Shown piece by piece: positions 60,801 to 64,000 of a stretch of DNA of 64,000 nt. The stretch is from Oikopleura dioica. Lineage: Eukaryota; Animalia; Chordata. The DNA lies in NCBI GenBank assembly GCA_907165135.1, contig OU015569.1, positions 4,340,001 to 4,404,000 of the forward strand, written 5' to 3'. A program made the translations under genes and the position numbers. Within the stretch, counting starts at the first letter, position 1. Each line of letters begins with the position of its first letter. The notes under the pieces were generated by a model. It made no database searches, had not been told where the DNA came from, and saw only the letters and a program-made list of their open reading frames with translations.

Positions 60801-60959
60801 CTTCAGGAACGAGGTTGTCGATGCGTACGATCAACTGGCGAGTGCGAAAAACTCGATGGCGAGGGAGGCGGTGAAGGTGGCGGCGAAGAGGGAGGCTCTG
60901 GTGATGGCGGCGACGGCGAAAACGGTGGAGCAACTACAATGAGTCCATACTCGTCCTAG
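57890..60959 (+). CDS. Secreted mucin-like protein with 11 six-Cys modules separated by Thr-rich or Gly-rich linkers (oikosin-like)
   Basis: Signal peptide MGRLSKIFLCLGATSSA; helical N-domain; repeats such as CESRKDCSDMFPSQCPERNSCACKSGSCV and CSNRGDCVKMDPDMCPERTSCSCTDGECV; ends GGATTMSPYSS*. Confidence 0.85.
59130..59690 (+). repeat. Poly-Thr (ACN)n tracts alternating with duplicated Cys modules
   Basis: ACA/ACC/ACT runs at about 59130-59220, 59425-59510 and 59620-59690 flanking two near-identical MPDGYC..DCTSGSFKCRCK modules. Confidence 0.85.
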
Positions 60960-61632
60960 AAATATGGCTAATCATTTTTCCTGTTCAAAAAAAGTTCTTT
61001 TCACTCTAACTTCATGGCTCCCCGGCCCTTTTTAGTTCCGATCCCTTTGGCCAAGGCGTGATCCAAAAAGCCGGCAGCGCCTCATACTGTATTAACTCAT
61101 CAACAGAGCTTGAATACAATATTTTTATAATAAGAAAACGTGTGGATAATTTTTAATGAATTTATTTGCAGTTTTATGGATTAGATATCCTGCGAGTCGT
61201 TTCTCGCGGGAAGAAATCGTCATATAATCGTAGATTATGCGTAACCGAAAAAATAATTCGGGACTTGTCTCAAAGCTAAGTACAGTAATATATATAAAAG
61301 AAGTTTTGATGAAGAAGAGCGCAAGGAAAAGAGACTTTTGTTCCATTGAAAATTGATTTGAGATGCAGACCTAACCGCTGTCGAATCTTCTATTGGCCAA
61401 AAGTGTGACGAAATGATCCTACGATCTTGATTTGCACTCCCTCGTGATGATCAAGTCGTACTCTTAAAAGAGAACGTAACGATCGATTATATCGCCCATA
61501 TATTATCCGAGATTGAAATCTTCGGAGGTGCTTGAAGCGTAAGGAAAGATCTTTGATTGTATGTACTCAATGAGAAGCTACCTTCAAGAATATTGTACGA
61601 TATTTACCATTTCGACGTTTTCTTTTGGCAAA

Positions 61633-62848
61633 CTAGAAGACAGTGACAATTGTCTTGCTTGCATCAAACCAGTTTCCAGATGGGTCTTTGGACTCACTGT
61701 CCCGCAAGGCATCTAAATATTCGAAGTCGAACCAGATTTTGTCTGTGCCGGGAGTTATGTTGGAAATCATCACGGAACTGACAAAATTTTGGAAGTAACT
61801 TATTTCTTGAACGTCGAGTCCATCGAGCTCGTCAAAGTGAAGATCTTTGACCGGAGCGGGGAATTGAATCAGAATCACATTTCCTTAATCGTAGCTTTGA
61901 GTAGATCGAGAAAGAATTTGACTTACCGGAGTGAAACGCACCACCCTGAGCCTGGATGTAGCTTCGAGCTCGGTTTCCATCATAGTTTGATGGAAAAGAA
62001 AAGAGGGCAGCGTCCCAGAACTCCTCGGCATCGGAATAGACGATCCAGTCACTATCCGACGGAATCGATGGTGCCATCTGGTCGACTCGCTCGAACATAA
62101 CGATGAAATTGACGAAATCAATGCCCTAGAACCAGATAAATGTTATCCTGTTTTGAAACTATTTCTGATTACCTCGAAGTCTGTATTCGTATGAGTGATT
62201 GCATAATCATCCTGGAAGGACTTTGAATTGCTCGGAATCACGTTGGCATCATAGAAGTGAATCCAACGCACTCGATGGGAGGTCGAAGCCAGCCAGAAAT
62301 GAGTAACTGATGCTTTCTTAAACTCGTTCGGCGCTAAAAGATTAAGTAGATCAAAATACACTTGAGGATTGTTGATTCTACCTTGGTAAATGCAACCCGC
62401 TCGACTGGTGCTCGTTTGTTCCCAACACGTGATTCTTATTTGAGTTTTTCACGGTGAATTCGGTCCGATAATATCAAGATCTACCAATCAACATTTTATG
62501 GTAAAAAATTTTTACTAAAAATACAAAACTAATCAACCAAATTTCGATTTGGCCATGAGCAACTCCAGTCCTGTAGACTTGTCCTTGCTCAGAATTAGTC
62601 TGAGCGTTTTGCTTGCCGAATAGATCGACGACCTTGTCATTTTCGATCTTTCCATTGGGCCGCGCGCCGTGGACGGGTTTGAATCGTGAATCGCCATTAA
62701 AAAAGCTGTTCTCGTCGGTCTTCTTACTTTTGCCTTCCACTTGGGCTAATGCTGGATCAACGCTTTTCTCGTCGTTTTCCTCAATTTTAAATCCTGTCAG
62801 CCGGCATTCGGCGACAACGAGGAACGAAAAGAAACTACTCCACAGCAT
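61633..62848 (-). CDS. Secreted orphan protein, multi-exon
   Basis: Signal peptide MLWSSFFSFLVVAEC; exons ITCWEQTSTSRAGCIYQ|APNEFKKASVTHFWLAS..FE|GIDFVNFIVMFER..FHS|GNVILIQFPAP..TIVTVF* join in phase; one junction likely GA-AG. Confidence 0.6.
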
Positions 62849-62863
62849 TAAACGATAACTTTT

Positions 62864-63746
62864 TCAAGAGTTCAATAAGAGGCTTAATAAACTACTGGGA
62901 ATAATTGATGTGCTTTTCGACAGCTTGCGAACTGATCGGAAATATTCTCTTTGAAAGATTAATTGAATTACAGAAGATTTCTGAGAAACAGTAAATCGCT
63001 TCTTCTGATGATCTATTCTCTTCGTTATTAAAACTCTTGCCTTTATGAAAACCACGAAAGCAATGAGCCCAAGGTTTGTCTTATAAGGGAAATAGCGCGA
63101 ATAAGCCCAGCGCTCTAAAAAAGCTAAAAAGCAAGGAGTAAACACTACGTCGGAATGTTTATCCTCATTCAACCACCTTCATATAAATGAAGAGAACAGT
63201 TTGTGGTGCTTCTTAACGTGAAGACGCTATCCGCTAAGTTGAATTCTACTCGGTATTTGTGTTCGATTATTTATTTATTTTTACATTTATTTTCAGAAAG
63301 AAGGAGAAGTTAGAAAAGTCAACTCTTGCTCAAATGACATGATTAAATTATTAGGGTCTCAAAGTAAGACAAAAATGAGCAACGTTGCAAAATATGCACA
63401 GATCAACATAAGCAGCGATCAACAGGAGCGGTCTTTTTTCATCGGAAGAATTTGCTGAAGGAGTTCTCGAGCTTCGAATGAGGGATCGGAACGCGCCGCG
63501 TTTGCATCGAAAATCGAGGTCGTATTTGCTCTTGATTAACAGTTAGTTTTTATTGTAACGGATTGAGTGAAACTTACGGAAAGGGCGGGCGCCGTAGGAA
63601 ACCCGGAAATGTTCTTGATTTCTTTCATCGAAGTCGCGAATGTCTACGCCGCGTTTTGAACTTTTGTGTCCATAGAACTCATCTCCAAATTTTAAAAAGG
63701 CCTCGACGGACAGAAATAAATTGCAAAGCAAAATGACGACTCTCAT
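62864..63746 (-). CDS. Hypothetical secreted or membrane protein; internal exons unresolved
   Basis: Signal peptide MRVVILLCNLFLSVEA at 63746; 3' ORF 62864-63172 contains a hydrophobic stretch NLGLIAFVVFIKA. Confidence 0.35.
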
Positions 63747-64000
63747 GGCGAGTTTTTAAAAAATTATGAATTTTCTTTCGAAATGAAAGTAGCAAAGTGA
63801 GGCTGAATTGATACTCGCCGTACGCTTTTAAATGGGCCAGATGTCGCTCAAGTTATCTCGGGCACTGGCTTCGGGGCACTATTTTTACTTTGCATCGAGC
63901 ATGACTATTTTTCTACGGGAGGTAGGGCCTTTAGTATATAGAATATGAATGCCTTTTAGATCAATTCTTGATAAAGACTACTTGTAAAGAGAGTAAAGAG

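Overview
Gene-dense eukaryotic DNA (roughly 40% GC by eye), not prokaryotic; the ORF track is mostly exon fragments and antisense shadows. Introns are mostly about 35-60 nt and several need GA-AG or GC-AG splice sites. Same-strand genes lie 15-240 nt apart with a TTTCAG acceptor just before the ATG, and the proteins are chordate-like. Together these point to the appendicularian tunicate Oikopleura dioica (inference). Manual splicing gives about 30 genes. Recognisable ones: ANKUB1, a PDIA3/4-like PDI, RBX1 (absent from the ORF track), an enlarged MRPL23, a GlpQ-type GDPD, MED28 with a long Q/N-rich N-terminus, AK8, MYDGF, FKBP2, PHACTR, PDRG1, an olfactomedin, SPSB/gustavus, SETD6, TMEM223-like, an SLC43 transporter and an Ig-superfamily receptor. 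There are also two large secreted mucin-like mosaics (TSR+Thr+CAP; 11 six-Cys modules+Thr) and several orphans. Four non-autonomous DNA-transposon insertions (MITEs) from three families are visible; three have exact 8-bp target-site duplications. Most notable: (1) an intron-containing gene that appears to be a domesticated LINE-1 ORF1p-type coiled-coil+RRM protein with an N-terminal hydrophobic anchor; (2) a Trp-rich chromodomain-like orphan ending in a SUMO-interacting motif; (3) a foldback MITE carrying four perfect CRE sites in intron 1 of the SLC43 transporter; (4) an HGEL-terminated ER orphan head-to-head with an active-site-degenerate PDI. All family assignments come from recalled motifs, not database searches.
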